64,000 nt of DNA from an uncultured Candidatus Binatia bacterium (GTDB taxonomy: Bacteria; Desulfobacterota; Binatia; UBA9968; CAXXLF01): NCBI GenBank assembly GCA_965218425.1, contig OZ244621.1, forward strand, positions 768,001 through 832,000, in the 5' to 3' direction. Position numbers and translations under genes: made by a program. Below, piece after piece: positions 21,101-31,917 of this stretch; position 1 is the first letter of the stretch; the number at the start of each line of letters is the position of its first letter. A model generated the notes under the pieces. That model worked only from the letters and a program-made list of their open reading frames with translations, ran no database searches and had not been told where the DNA came from.

Positions 21101-21725
21101 TTTAGATATTTCAAATATTTTCTTCTTTTATGCCGTGACTTGGTTGAAGAACAGGTTCCATCGCTTCCTTGGTTTTCTCATCCTGTCCCCCATTTTCCTG
21201 TGAAGGTTGGATCGGCTGGTTTTACCCATTTTCCATTTTTCTTTGGCACTCGTTCTGACCGCATGGATTGCCTGTGGCGAAGCCCATGGCAGATCCTGCA
21301 AACTTATAGACAATACCCAGCCAGGGCATACCGAAAGCGACTCCCACAATAGTGCCAAGCACCGTTCCTGTCAAACTCCCAATTCTTGCGCCATCCACAC
21401 GATCCGGACATTTTTTCTTTGATCAATCGTGGTTTGAGGCAACGGATCCTGCGTGCTTGGGGCTCGCAGGCGGTTCAGGAGTTAATGCAACGGGCTGAGA
21501 CTTGACCGGTGTCTGGAACTGTGGCGCACAGCCCTGTGAAGTAACTAACGTGAGGACGAGGACAATAGCAAAGGGGATGGGTCGCCGGATCATTAATTGT
21601 TCTCTTAACGCGCAGAGTTTAGAACCACTCGACCCCCAAAAGTCTATATAGCCTCGCGGGAACAGATCACCCGGATACCCTTCTCGTGAAAAACCAATGA
21701 AGGTCCCGAGAAATCGTCTGGTCGG

Positions 21726-22600
21726 TCACGAGCATGGATTGGGTCGGCAGAAAAACCCGGGGACGGAGAGGACCAGTTTATTCTTTGGCCCCAGATCGGC
21801 GGTGGGAAACCGGTGCTTTTGATAGGTTGTGCCCTTTCCTATGGCTACGAGTAAAGTGGATGGGATCTCACGGGCGGACAGGGACTCAAGATCGAGTTCC
21901 ACCACTTTTACCTTCTCCTTCTCGCTCAATGCCCGCATCACTTCGGGGCTCACCTTGCCGAAGAATACGCCGAACTTCTTATCTTGCAGCGTGAACCACC
22001 TATGCGCAGTGGTGTTAAGCCTCATGCCCTTTCGTAGAGAAGGCAGGAGAATGGGCTCCCCCGCATAGAAGAGATCCCCATTGTCCTTGCGAGGGTTCAA
22101 TCTCTTCACCTGTTCGAAGGCGCTACGGATTGCCTTTCGACCCTGAAGCCCCTGCTGGTTGCGGAGGATTTTAAATGAATGTTCCCCGCGCTTGACACGG
22201 TAGACCCTTGGGTCGCCGCTTCCCGAGGGCATCTGTACGCCTAGGAATTCATCTGGCCGAATGGGAATAAAAACCACATCTCCCACCCTCAGCACATCAG
22301 GGTCCTGGAGTTAGAGATTCAGTGACCCAACGAGAACTAGGTAACGCTGAAAGCTTTTTTCAGGGAGCCCTCTTTCTTGTGTCCGAATCTGCCACAGGGT
22401 ATCCCCGGGGACGATCTTTCTTTTTTCCCCTCCACAGATTGTCCCTGGACTTCAGGCGTCTTGACCGTCTTACCGAGTCTGAGTTGCGCCTTGCCTTCTC
22501 CCAACCCACCTGCCGTCTCTTCCTGAGCATGGACTCCTAGGGTGAAACCAAAGCTCAGAAGCAGGCCCAAGAACAGCGCCATGCCTCGTTTCTTATTCAT
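21726..22600 (-). pseudogene. Secreted LysM-domain protein, multiply frameshifted
   Basis: Signal peptide, then VPGDTLWQI, DPDVLRVGDVVFIP and YRVKRGEH LysM-like pieces in different frames. Confidence 0.65.
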
Positions 22601-22605
22601 ACATT

Positions 22606-24018
22606 TCATCGAACCTTCCATAAGGTCCCTCTTGGAGTGTCTTCAAGGGCAACGCCCTTTTCGCTCAACTCATTTCGGATTTGGTCTGCCTCGTTCCAAC
22701 GTTTTTCCGCCCGGGCAAGGTTCCTCCGGCGAATCTTCTCCTCGATGTCTTGATTGGATAACCCGTAGGTGTGAAGCCATCGTTCTTTTTTCCTATCCCA
22801 AAACATATCAGGTGACTCTTGAATCAATCCTAAAACTTCTCCAATCTTTTTTAAGGAGTTTCTTCTCGCCGTTAAACCTGAGCATTCACCCTTGTCCAGC
22901 AATCGGTTAAGTGACCGAACTTCCTCAAACAGGAGGGCCAGAGCCCGAGGGGTATTGAAGTCATCGTCCATCTCGCTGCGAAAATCATCAAGTAATCCTT
23001 CTTCCAAGGTCTCTTCTCCCTTATCCGGTGTCAGCTGATTCAACCGATGGACGGTATCGTAGATACGGTCCATCCCCTTTTCCGCCTCTTCAAGACCCTG
23101 ATCTGAGAAATCCAGCGGACTACGGTAATGGCTAGCCAGGATGTAGTGACGGAGGGAAGCAGCATCGAAACGTTGTAGAACCTCTTGAATCGTGTGGATG
23201 TTTCCGAGAGACTTGGACATTTTTTCGTGGTTGATATTGACGAATCCATTATGGATCCAGTATCTGGCAAACATTAGATCGGAGGCGCCTTCGGACTGGG
23301 CAATCTCATTTTCATGATGCGGGAAAACCAAATCCGCCCCTCCACCATGAATATCGAAGGGTTGCCCGAGATACTTCACGCTCATGGCGGAGCATTCGAT
23401 ATGCCACCCTGGTCTCCCCTCGCCCCAGGGGCTCTTCCAGGACGGCTCTCCCTCCTTGCTCTGCTTCCACAGAGCAAAATCCATGGGGTGCTTCTTGCGT
23501 TCGTCCACCTCTACCCTGACACCAGCCTGGAGTTCTTCGAGCTTCCTGCCCGAGAGTTTTCCATAGGGAGGAAATCGATCCACCGAAAAAAAAACATCTC
23601 CATCCACCCGGTAAGCCAGGCCCTTTTCCTCCAGTTGCTGAATGAGCTGGATCATCTCGGTGACATGATCCGTGGCCCGGGGCTCCCGATCGGCAGGGAT
23701 CAGCTCCAGGGATGCGCCATCCCGGTTGAACTCTTTAATGTATTTTTCCGCAATGACTTCCGCCTCGGACCCTTCTGCCTTCGCCTTCTGAATGATTTTA
23801 TCATCCAAATCTGTGAAATTACGGACAAAAGTGGTTTTGTATCCGAGAAACTTCAGGTGCCGGAGAATAACGTCAAAGGTAAAAAGAGCACGAGCATGTC
23901 CCACGTGACAAAGGTCATATACCGTGACTCCACAGACATACATCCTCACTTCACCGTCTTTAAAAGGGACAAACTCCTCCTTTTTGCGTGACAACGTATT
24001 GTAGATCTTTAAAGACAT
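22606..24018 (-). CDS. cysS: Cysteine--tRNA ligase
   Basis: YVCGVTVYD..HVGH, GRPGWHIECSAM and KMSKS motifs. Confidence 0.98.
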   Translation of the reverse strand: MSLKIYNTLSRKKEEFVPFKDGEVRMYVCGVTVYDLCHVGHARALFTFDVILRHLKFLGYKTTFVRNFTDLDDKIIQKAKAEGSEAEVIAEKYIKEFNRDGASLELIPADREPRATDHVTEMIQLIQQLEEKGLAYRVDGDVFFSVDRFPPYGKLSGRKLEELQAGVRVEVDERKKHPMDFALWKQSKEGEPSWKSPWGEGRPGWHIECSAMSVKYLGQPFDIHGGGADLVFPHHENEIAQSEGASDLMFARYWIHNGFVNINHEKMSKSLGNIHTIQEVLQRFDAASLRHYILASHYRSPLDFSDQGLEEAEKGMDRIYDTVHRLNQLTPDKGEETLEEGLLDDFRSEMDDDFNTPRALALLFEEVRSLNRLLDKGECSGLTARRNSLKKIGEVLGLIQESPDMFWDRKKERWLHTYGLSNQDIEEKIRRRNLARAEKRWNEADQIRNELSEKGVALEDTPRGTLWKVR

Positions 24019-24134
24019 GGGGGGGCATGGGGATTTTACTAAAAAGGATGCCTATTTAGCAAACAGCGGCTTATTTATTCACCGGCCCTATGCCCTTGTT
24101 GCCAAATTTCCGAAAAAAGCATACAGACAGCAAC

Positions 24135-25790
24135 ATGCAATTCGAAAAACCCTACCAAGAACTTAGAGAGTTCATTCAGGCCCTTGAGGAACACGGCAAA
24201 CTTTTCCGAATCCAAAAGGCAATCAACAAGGATACGGAGCTTCAGCCGCTGGTTCGCTTGCAGTTCAGGGGGTTGAAGGAGGAGAACCGAAAGGCTTTTC
24301 TCTTCGAAAACGTTACGGATTCCAAGGGGGGCAAGTACCAGGGATCGGTTCTCGTGGGCGGGCTTGCGGGATCGGCCAGCATCTACTGTTTGGGCCTGAA
24401 GTGCAGGGCTGAGGATGTGGCGGACCGATGGTTATACGCCATGGAGCATTGCCTGGAGCCCGAGATCGTCAACCATGGCCCGGTCATGGAAGAGATCCAC
24501 AAGGGTCCGGACCTTCTCCGCCACGGCGGCTTCGGAGAATTTCCCATACCCATTTCGACCCCTGGTTTTGACAATGGGCCCTACATCACGGCAGGCCACT
24601 GGATCACAAAGGACCCTGACACGGGGAAGAGAAACGTGGGCAACTACCGTGGATTGATCAAGGGGCCGGGCTGGAGCGGCATCATGATGGGGACCCCGCA
24701 GGATATTTCTCAACATTGGGAGAAATGCAGAAAAAGGGGTATTCCTCTGGAAGTCGCCGTTGCCATAGGAACCGTGCCGGTTGTTTCTTACACCGCCGCG
24801 CAGAAGGTACCGCCCACCACGGACGAACTGGCGTTGGCCGGAGGACTGGCGGGAGAACCCATCAAGCTGGTGAAGTGCCAAACGGTGGACCTGGAGATAC
24901 CTGCCTCGGCTGAGGTGGTTTTCGAAGGGGTCATCCCCACCCGATACCTGGAGGAAGAGGGTCCCTTCGGTGAATCCATGGGTTATGTGGACCCACGCAC
25001 CCTGAGTCCTATATTTGAACTGAGCTGCGTCATGCATAGAAAAACCCCCACATGGGTATCCATCATCAGCCAGGTCACTCCCAGCGAAAGCTCCAAGATC
25101 AAGGCCATGGGAATGGCGACTCTGGTTCATCGTTATCTAACACAGAAGGGCTTTTCCAGCGTCCTGGAGGTTTCGCTCATGGAGCCCCTGGTGAATCTAA
25201 GACCTTATGTTGTCATAAGGATGAAGAAGAGAGACGACCAGGACCCCTGGAAGGCCATGGACGCCGCGTTGGGGTATGGTGACCGGGTGGGCAAGCTTGT
25301 TATTGCCGTGGACGAGGACATCAATCCTCACGATCCCGTCGCAGTCACCTGGGCCATCACCCACAGGTCTCAGCCCCATAAGGATATCAAAGTAGTGGGT
25401 GATCGCCCCTTCGGAGCTACCCCCATCGGCATGGTGGTAAGCCACCCCACCAGTCGGTATGACAACATGGAATCCTCGCTCTTGATTGACGCCACGCGAA
25501 AAGCCGACTTTCCTCCTCTATCCCTGCCAAAAAAAGAATATATGGAGAGGGCGAAAGAGCTGTGGGAGTCTCTGGACCTACCCAAGCTGGAGATCCAGGA
25601 ACCCTGGCATGGGTATTTCATGGGACTATGGCCCCAGGAGCTTGACCAGGAGGCTCGTCTGGCGGCGGAGGGAGAGGGTAAAAAGATTGGCGAAAAACTA
25701 CGCGGCACCAGACTTGATGTCGGCGAAGGCGAAACGCTGAAGTCCATGAGGGATAAATGGGGACGAACCCACTCTGGCCGAGCTGAATGA
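24135..25790 (+). CDS. UbiD-family (de)carboxylase #2 (long form)
   Basis: GNYRG, EEGPFGE, VDEDINP and LIDATRK motifs. Confidence 0.9.
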   Translation: MQFEKPYQELREFIQALEEHGKLFRIQKAINKDTELQPLVRLQFRGLKEENRKAFLFENVTDSKGGKYQGSVLVGGLAGSASIYCLGLKCRAEDVADRWLYAMEHCLEPEIVNHGPVMEEIHKGPDLLRHGGFGEFPIPISTPGFDNGPYITAGHWITKDPDTGKRNVGNYRGLIKGPGWSGIMMGTPQDISQHWEKCRKRGIPLEVAVAIGTVPVVSYTAAQKVPPTTDELALAGGLAGEPIKLVKCQTVDLEIPASAEVVFEGVIPTRYLEEEGPFGESMGYVDPRTLSPIFELSCVMHRKTPTWVSIISQVTPSESSKIKAMGMATLVHRYLTQKGFSSVLEVSLMEPLVNLRPYVVIRMKKRDDQDPWKAMDAALGYGDRVGKLVIAVDEDINPHDPVAVTWAITHRSQPHKDIKVVGDRPFGATPIGMVVSHPTSRYDNMESSLLIDATRKADFPPLSLPKKEYMERAKELWESLDLPKLEIQEPWHGYFMGLWPQELDQEARLAAEGEGKKIGEKLRGTRLDVGEGETLKSMRDKWGRTHSGRAE

Positions 25791-25871
25791 CAGTCTTGAG
25801 GTAAGACCTGCGCCATCTCAGATGCCACACGAAGTAAAAAAACTCCTGTTCTAAGGCTGCTTGTTTGAACC

Positions 25872-26405
25872 ATGAAACGGCAAATCGTACTCACCGTGAA
25901 CGGGGTAGAACACGAGATCGAGATCGAGCCCAACCGGTTGCTGCTCCAGGCCCTGCGTGAGGACATCGGGTTAACCGGTACCAAGGAAGGCTGCAATATC
26001 GGCGTGTGCGGCGCCTGTAGCGTCATGGTGGATGGACGACTGGTTAGCTCCTGTCTAACCCTGGCGGTAGGATGCCAAGGAAAGGAGATCACCACCATCG
26101 AGGGACTGGCAAAGGACGGAAAGCTTCACCCCATTCAGCAGGCCTTTCTCGAGCACGGCGGTTTTCAGTGTGGCATCTGCACACCAGGACAGATCATTGC
26201 TGCCAAGGCCCTTTTGGATAGCCAACCCAACCCGTCTGAAGAGGAAGTCAAGGAATGGATGTCGGGCAACCTGTGCCGCTGCACCGGTTACTACAAGATC
26301 CTCGAATCGGTCATGGCAGTCGTCCAAAATAAAGTTAGCCTGGAGCATGGTGCCCGCAGGGGCCAGGCCGCTAAAATACAGAGCCTTTACAAGAGCGATA
26401 AATAA
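25872..26405 (+). CDS. Mo-hydroxylase 2Fe-2S subunit (CoxS/XdhC-like)
   Basis: GCNIGVCGAC, QCGICTPG and NLCRCTGY motifs. Confidence 0.93.
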   Translation: MKRQIVLTVNGVEHEIEIEPNRLLLQALREDIGLTGTKEGCNIGVCGACSVMVDGRLVSSCLTLAVGCQGKEITTIEGLAKDGKLHPIQQAFLEHGGFQCGICTPGQIIAAKALLDSQPNPSEEEVKEWMSGNLCRCTGYYKILESVMAVVQNKVSLEHGARRGQAAKIQSLYKSDK

Positions 26406-26427
26406 CAAAACCGTTAAGGCGTAGAAT

Positions 26428-28716
26428 ATGAGCAAGGCAGAAAAATTCTCCGTGGTGGGACACAAGGTCAGCCGGTTTGAAGGATACGAGAAAGTTGCCG
26501 GTGAGAGCCGCTTCATCGCCGACATTGTGGTTCCGGGAATGCTCATGGGAAAGATCCTGCGCAGTCCCTACCCCCATGCCAGAATAGTCGGCATCGATAC
26601 CACCAAGGCTGAAAAACTGCGCGGTGTTCGGGCCGTGGTGACATCAGAGGATACCATCAAGCGAGGCTGGGGGGCATTTTTTCCCGACCAATATCCGCTT
26701 TCTGAAGGTAAAGCCCGTTACGTGGGCGAAGAAGTCGCTGCGGTAGCGGCCCTCGACAGGGACATCGCTGAGGAGGCCGTGGACCTGATCGACGTGGAGT
26801 GGGAGGAGCTTCCCGCGGTCTTCGACTCGGAAGAGGCCATGAAGGAGAGCGCCCCACTCATCCACGAAGACAAAGAGCGCAACATCGCCATGCAATTCGA
26901 CGTGGAGCGCGGCGACATCCAACGCGCCTTTTCCGAATCGGATCTGATCGTGGAGGACACCTTCGAGAGCATGCCTCAGTGGCACTGTGCCATCGAAACC
27001 ATCGGCAGCGTTGCCGATTATGATGCCAGTGGGAAATACACCGTGTACATGAACACCCAAACCCTTTTTATGGCGCGCTATAGGCTTGCAGCGGCTCTAG
27101 GCGTAAGAGAGTCCGATGTACGCATCATCCAGAGCGCCGTGGGGGGCGGTTTCGGCGGGAAGTCCTCAGACGACAATAATGCCATAGTTGCCGCCGTGCT
27201 GGCGCGCAAGGCCCGTAAGCCCGTCAAGATCATTAACACTCGGGAGGAGGAATTTTTGGCCGGAAGCCGCCCCAGGGTCAACATGAAGATCTGGGTGAGG
27301 CTCGGATTTAAAAAAGACGGAAGGATCCGCGCCAAACACACCTACGTCATAGCGGATAATGGAGCCTATAGTGGCAAGGCGCCCGCCATCACCGGAGTCG
27401 CCGCACTACGTCATGACACCTGTTACAAGTACTCAGACGTGAGGGCACAGGCTTATCTGGTCTATACCAACAAAATTCCCACCGGCGCCTTCCGTGGCTT
27501 CGGCAACCCTTCGGCAGAATGGGCCGTGGAGCAGGCCATAGACCTGGCTTCTCACCAACTGGGAATCGATCCCCTGGATCTAGCCCGTCTCAACGCCGCA
27601 GACCCCGGGTACGTGTCACCCCACGGCAACCATGTGCAGAGTTGCGAACTAAAGCAATGCCTCGACATGACGGAAAAAATGATGGACTGGAAGAAAAAGA
27701 GGGACGACAAAAAACCCAACGTCGGCCTGGGTCTGGCCTGCACGGTCCATGTGAGCGGCAAGCGCCATTTCGGTGATTACGACGGGAGTTCGGCAACCAT
27801 CAAAGTAAACGAAGACGGCAAGGCCTTGATCCTGAGCGGAGAAGGCGAGGCCGGGCAAGGACTTTTTACGGCCATGTGCCAGATCGCAGCGGAAGAAATC
27901 GGGGTTTCGCTCGAAGACGTGGAGATCTCCAAGGCCGACACAGACCTTACCACCTTCTGCCTGGGCGCCTTTGCCAGCCGGCTTACCTATGTTTCAGGCA
28001 ACGCGGTGAGGGATGCTGCGGGCAAGGTCAAACAGCAACTCTTCGAGACCGCAGCCGAAATGTTGGAGGCCAGGGCGCAGGACCTGGTTTGCAAAGAGGG
28101 CCGGATCTTCGTTCAAGAAGCGGAGCAAAAGTCAGTGACGGTGGCTGATGTGGCCCGAGCGAGGTTATTCCGCCGTGGCGGCGCGCCCATCGTGGCCTCG
28201 GGAAGCTTCGATGCTGATTCCATATCCCAAGATGCCAGCAGGTACGGGAACGAGTCGGGGGCATACAACTTTGGCAGCCAGGCGGCTGAGGTTCAGGTGG
28301 ATCCCGATACCGGACAAGTGAAAGTCCTCAAGTATGTGGTGGCTTCAGACTGTGGTACGGTCATCAACCCCATCGGCGCCGAGGGTCAGGTGCAAGGCGC
28401 CATCGCCCAGGGTATCGGCTATGCCCTCATTGAAGGAATCCGGATGGAAGATGGACGACCCATAAACCCCAATTTCGCCGATTATCGCATTCCCTCCATG
28501 AGAGACATGCCACCTCTCACCCACGGTTTTGCAGAGTCCTACGAACCCACTGGCCCTTTCGGCGCAAAAGGCCTGGGTGAATTGGGAATGGACCCCACCG
28601 CCGCCGTTATTAACAACGCCATCTTTGACGCCGTCGGGGTGCGCATCAAGAAACTTCCCATCACACCGGAGAAGGTTTTGAAGGCACTGCAAGAGAAAAA
28701 GAAACAGGGTCAATGA
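26428..28716 (+). CDS. Xanthine dehydrogenase-family molybdopterin-binding subunit
   Basis: LRSPYPHA, VGGGFGGK, GAFRGFG and GAKGLGE motifs. Confidence 0.93.
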   Translation: MSKAEKFSVVGHKVSRFEGYEKVAGESRFIADIVVPGMLMGKILRSPYPHARIVGIDTTKAEKLRGVRAVVTSEDTIKRGWGAFFPDQYPLSEGKARYVGEEVAAVAALDRDIAEEAVDLIDVEWEELPAVFDSEEAMKESAPLIHEDKERNIAMQFDVERGDIQRAFSESDLIVEDTFESMPQWHCAIETIGSVADYDASGKYTVYMNTQTLFMARYRLAAALGVRESDVRIIQSAVGGGFGGKSSDDNNAIVAAVLARKARKPVKIINTREEEFLAGSRPRVNMKIWVRLGFKKDGRIRAKHTYVIADNGAYSGKAPAITGVAALRHDTCYKYSDVRAQAYLVYTNKIPTGAFRGFGNPSAEWAVEQAIDLASHQLGIDPLDLARLNAADPGYVSPHGNHVQSCELKQCLDMTEKMMDWKKKRDDKKPNVGLGLACTVHVSGKRHFGDYDGSSATIKVNEDGKALILSGEGEAGQGLFTAMCQIAAEEIGVSLEDVEISKADTDLTTFCLGAFASRLTYVSGNAVRDAAGKVKQQLFETAAEMLEARAQDLVCKEGRIFVQEAEQKSVTVADVARARLFRRGGAPIVASGSFDADSISQDASRYGNESGAYNFGSQAAEVQVDPDTGQVKVLKYVVASDCGTVINPIGAEGQVQGAIAQGIGYALIEGIRMEDGRPINPNFADYRIPSMRDMPPLTHGFAESYEPTGPFGAKGLGELGMDPTAAVINNAIFDAVGVRIKKLPITPEKVLKALQEKKKQGQ

Positions 28717-28719
28717 GCG

Positions 28720-29586
28720 ATGATCAAGTTTGACTATCTAGAGCCCGAGAGTTTATCAAAAGCCGTTGATCTACTTGATCGACACGGCGATGAGGCCAGG
28801 CTGATGGCCGGCGGCACGGGCCTACTTATCTTGATGCGCCAGCGCCTGCTCAACCCTAACTTTGTCATAAGCCTCGCCAAGGTACCCAATTTTAATCAAA
28901 TCAGCTTTGATCTTAAAAATGGCCTTACCATCGGCGCCGGAGCCACCCACCGTGAGATTGAGCTGACACCAGCCATTCGCCAGTTTTATCCAATTCTCTA
29001 TGAGACTCTTCACAAGGTGGCCCAACCCAGGATTCGTAACATGGCAACCCTTGGCGGCAATCTCTGTCAGGGCGACCCCACCACCGACCCGGGCGCAAGT
29101 CTAATGGCCCTTGACGCTGAGGTGACCTTGCACGGTAAAAAGGGAGCACGAAAGCTACCCCTGGAGAAATTTTTCGTGGACTATTACGAGACGGCCCTTG
29201 AGCCGGGGGAAATCCTCACCGAGGTTCATGTGCCACCGCCCATGGAGAGGCTCTGCTGGTCGCACATAAAATTTACTCCCCGAACGGAGGAGGACTTCGC
29301 CACGGTGGGTGTTGCGCTCACACTACGCATACAAAACAGGAATTGTGAGGATGTCTGCGTTGCGTTGAACTCCGTGGGTTCTACAATTTTCAGGGCGAGA
29401 AAAGCAGAAGACGTGTTGCGCGGGAAACTGATCACTCAGGAACTGTTGCGGGAGATGGGAAATGTCGCAGCCACAGAAGCGGACCCCATGGACGACCAAC
29501 GCGGCTCGGCGGAGTACAAACTGGATCTGATCAAGGTCCTGGTGCGACGCGCCGGAGAACAAGCTCTAGCGAAGGCAATGCGCTAA
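28720..29586 (+). CDS. Mo-hydroxylase FAD subunit (CoxM-like)
   Basis: AGGT, IRNMATLGGN and DQRGSAEYK motifs. Confidence 0.93.
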   Translation: MIKFDYLEPESLSKAVDLLDRHGDEARLMAGGTGLLILMRQRLLNPNFVISLAKVPNFNQISFDLKNGLTIGAGATHREIELTPAIRQFYPILYETLHKVAQPRIRNMATLGGNLCQGDPTTDPGASLMALDAEVTLHGKKGARKLPLEKFFVDYYETALEPGEILTEVHVPPPMERLCWSHIKFTPRTEEDFATVGVALTLRIQNRNCEDVCVALNSVGSTIFRARKAEDVLRGKLITQELLREMGNVAATEADPMDDQRGSAEYKLDLIKVLVRRAGEQALAKAMR

Positions 29587-29807
29587 GCGCAGAGCGCGAT
29601 CGGTACTGAGCAACCAGGACTGAGTACCGAGCCGTCGAAATCGAAGATTGGGGATCGAAGATCGACAATTGAAAGTCCTGCCGTCGCTAGCTTATATTCG
29701 CGTCATCAGTGGTTTGTAATTGTTTTTTGCCATCCGCTTTACTTTCCGTATTTCGCGCCATGCGCTTTGCGCTATGCAGCAAAAATCACGATCTTTTCAG
29801 GGCGATT

Positions 29808-30419
29808 CTACATATTCGCCTTAACCGAGGGACGTTCTTTCATCCTCTGAAGCCAGGATCCAAGCCGCGGGATTGACGTTGCCGGCAGCACTTCGAACAT
29901 TTCCAGACGGAGAAACCGGGGGACGAGGGCAATATCCAACAGGGTGAACTCCCCCATGAAATAATCTTTGTTTCCAATTTCATTTTCAAGATATTCTAGA
30001 AGCTCCCTCAACTGCCGGGTTGTCTTCTCAATTAAGTTCCAGTCCCGTTCGCCATCATCCGTCTTGACGTAAAGCTCGGCCCGTATTGCCCAATACAGAG
30101 GTTGGATATAGTTGAGACCATAATCGGTAAGCACACGTATCCGTGCTCTCTGGAAGGGGTCCTTGGGCATCAAAGGGGGACTTGGGTAGGTTTCATCGAG
30201 ATACTCGTTGATGACGCACGATTCATAGAGCACGTTTTGCCCATCGACGATCACAGGCACCTTTCCATAGGGGTTGAGCTTGAGAAACTCGGGCTTTTTC
30301 TGTTCCCTCTTCTTGAGATCAATGGGCTCGATTTCGTAGGAGAGCCCCTTTTCGTGCAGAGCGATTTCCACTCTTTGACAGTTGGGCGAGGGACCATAAT
30401 CGTAAAGTTTGATGGCCAT
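29808..30419 (-). CDS. Glutathione S-transferase family protein
   Basis: SPNCQRV, NPYGKVP and YESCVINEYL motifs. Confidence 0.92.
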   Translation of the reverse strand: MAIKLYDYGPSPNCQRVEIALHEKGLSYEIEPIDLKKREQKKPEFLKLNPYGKVPVIVDGQNVLYESCVINEYLDETYPSPPLMPKDPFQRARIRVLTDYGLNYIQPLYWAIRAELYVKTDDGERDWNLIEKTTRQLRELLEYLENEIGNKDYFMGEFTLLDIALVPRFLRLEMFEVLPATSIPRLGSWLQRMKERPSVKANM

Positions 30420-30498
30420 GGCATTTCGCAAATAATTTAATTACCGAAGTGACGGCATGGTGCGTAGGGCATGCCCTTGTGGCTAAGATTACTCCTCC

Positions 30499-30942
30499 TC
30501 AAAAGGCTTTTCGGTCCGAGGCAGGGGTATTGGCAGTAGCAGGTGGCGACAAGTCCCAGCCTTTCGTGAAAACGTCCATAATGACACCGTTAGGTCCCCT
30601 AAATTTTTCCTCGAAGTAAAATTCGTGGCCGGTCCCTCCAGCGGTTCCGAGTTTTTTCGCATCGGTAGATGCGATTTGAGCATTTGTTTCTTCGAGGTTA
30701 TCTACTTTAAACCCTAGATGATGAAGCCCTTCAAAATTGACACCCCCTTCCATACCCGCCGCCTCGTCGGAGGGAAAATTCAAGAAGGCAAAGTTGATAT
30801 GTCCATCGGTGAGAAATACACCGCCTCCCCGCGGTGAGGTTGGGACCCTTTTGATGAACTTAAGGCCAAACACTTTTTGGTAAAACGCCGCCGTTTTTTC
30901 CGGGTCTTTTGTTGCGATAGTAATGTGACGTAAACGGGATAT
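30499..30942 (-). CDS. VOC/glyoxalase family protein; start codon appears to be ATA (possibly mutated)
   Basis: RBS GAGGAGG, then ATA-SRLRHITIATKDPEKTAAFYQKVFGL...LHHLGFKVD, continuous with the ORF at 30873. Confidence 0.75.
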   Translation of the reverse strand: MSRLRHITIATKDPEKTAAFYQKVFGLKFIKRVPTSPRGGGVFLTDGHINFAFLNFPSDEAAGMEGGVNFEGLHHLGFKVDNLEETNAQIASTDAKKLGTAGGTGHEFYFEEKFRGPNGVIMDVFTKGWDLSPPATANTPASDRKAF

Positions 30943-30988
30943 AATATTTTTCCTCCTCTGGGATGGAACTCGGTTTAGCCCTTGGGCA

Positions 30989-31695
30989 CTATTTTACCTC
31001 TTCCATAGCACGAGCAACCCCACCTAAAAACACCTGCCAAAAGTCACAGGACTCCCTTGAAGCAGCCACAACGCCCTCCCACTCTGTGTCAGAGGTAATG
31101 TATTTATCTAAAATCCCCGTTGTCTGGCCCTTGTGGTTAGTGTCGGTCTCTCGGTGGATTCTAAAGTTTGGAATCTGCTCTTCCTTAAGACCAAGATCTT
31201 CCATCCAGCGATTCTGGGCACGGGTTTGATGGGCCCCACCCGGTACAATACTATCAATATTTATGCGCTCTAACACCGCGACTCCTCCCAGGGCCTCCAG
31301 CCATGGTTTCTGAATCGCAAGACAGATCCACCCGCAAAGTGCCGCACGTGTGGACGGTAAAGGTATAGCGTTGTTAACCTGCTCTTCTGTCAAACCAACT
31401 GCCTTGCCATGGATAACCCACAAGCTGTAATGATCGGATCTGCACCGGGAATCATAAACAAGTTCTTCCGATTCGTGCTTGATAAGTTCTCGCTTTACTT
31501 CCAGATAAGGACAGCGAGCCAAAAGATAGGCCCACGAGGTCCTCCGATGCCGCACAAACAGTCCGAATTGCTGGCAATAATCTGCGCACGTTTTGTGGTT
31601 AGTCGCGTCGCGTAAAACTTCTTAACATCGGGGGTCTCAAAGGTCTCACGTGTTAGCTGATTCACGGCCCCTTCGTATTTATCTCTAGAGCTCAT
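30989..31695 (-). pseudogene. Heme-oxygenase-like diiron (TenA/PqqC/CADD-like) protein, frameshifted near 31573
   Basis: KHESEE, DHYSLW, LER and HRETDTNH metal-ligand pattern; adding one C joins the two ORFs (IIAQQFGLFVRHRR). Confidence 0.7.
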
Positions 31696-31917
31696 TCCGA
31701 AACCCCTTACTGAAGGAGACTTGGGTTTAGTAATTCATGCTGGCAATTGTGTGCGAAAAGATACATTACCTCTTGGACCCTGTCAACTTACATAAGTTCT
31801 TCTCAACTGAAAGGCGAGGCGTTGAAATCTCACATGACAACTATGAAGCCGTGGGCGGGGTAGTTGCAATGGGAAGAAAGAAAAGTGTAAGAGATGGAGT
31901 GAAGGAGTAAGGATTTC

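Noticed and set aside
20900..21700. tRNA-anchored genomic island
   Set aside because: No integrase, and no duplicated tRNA 3' end was seen in the window.
25872..29586. 4-hydroxybenzoyl-CoA reductase (hcrABC)
   Set aside because: The FAD subunit lacks the Cys-rich 4Fe-4S insertion of HcrB.
29808..30419. Second selenoprotein GST
   Set aside because: Uninterrupted ORF with an SPNC motif and no in-frame TGA.
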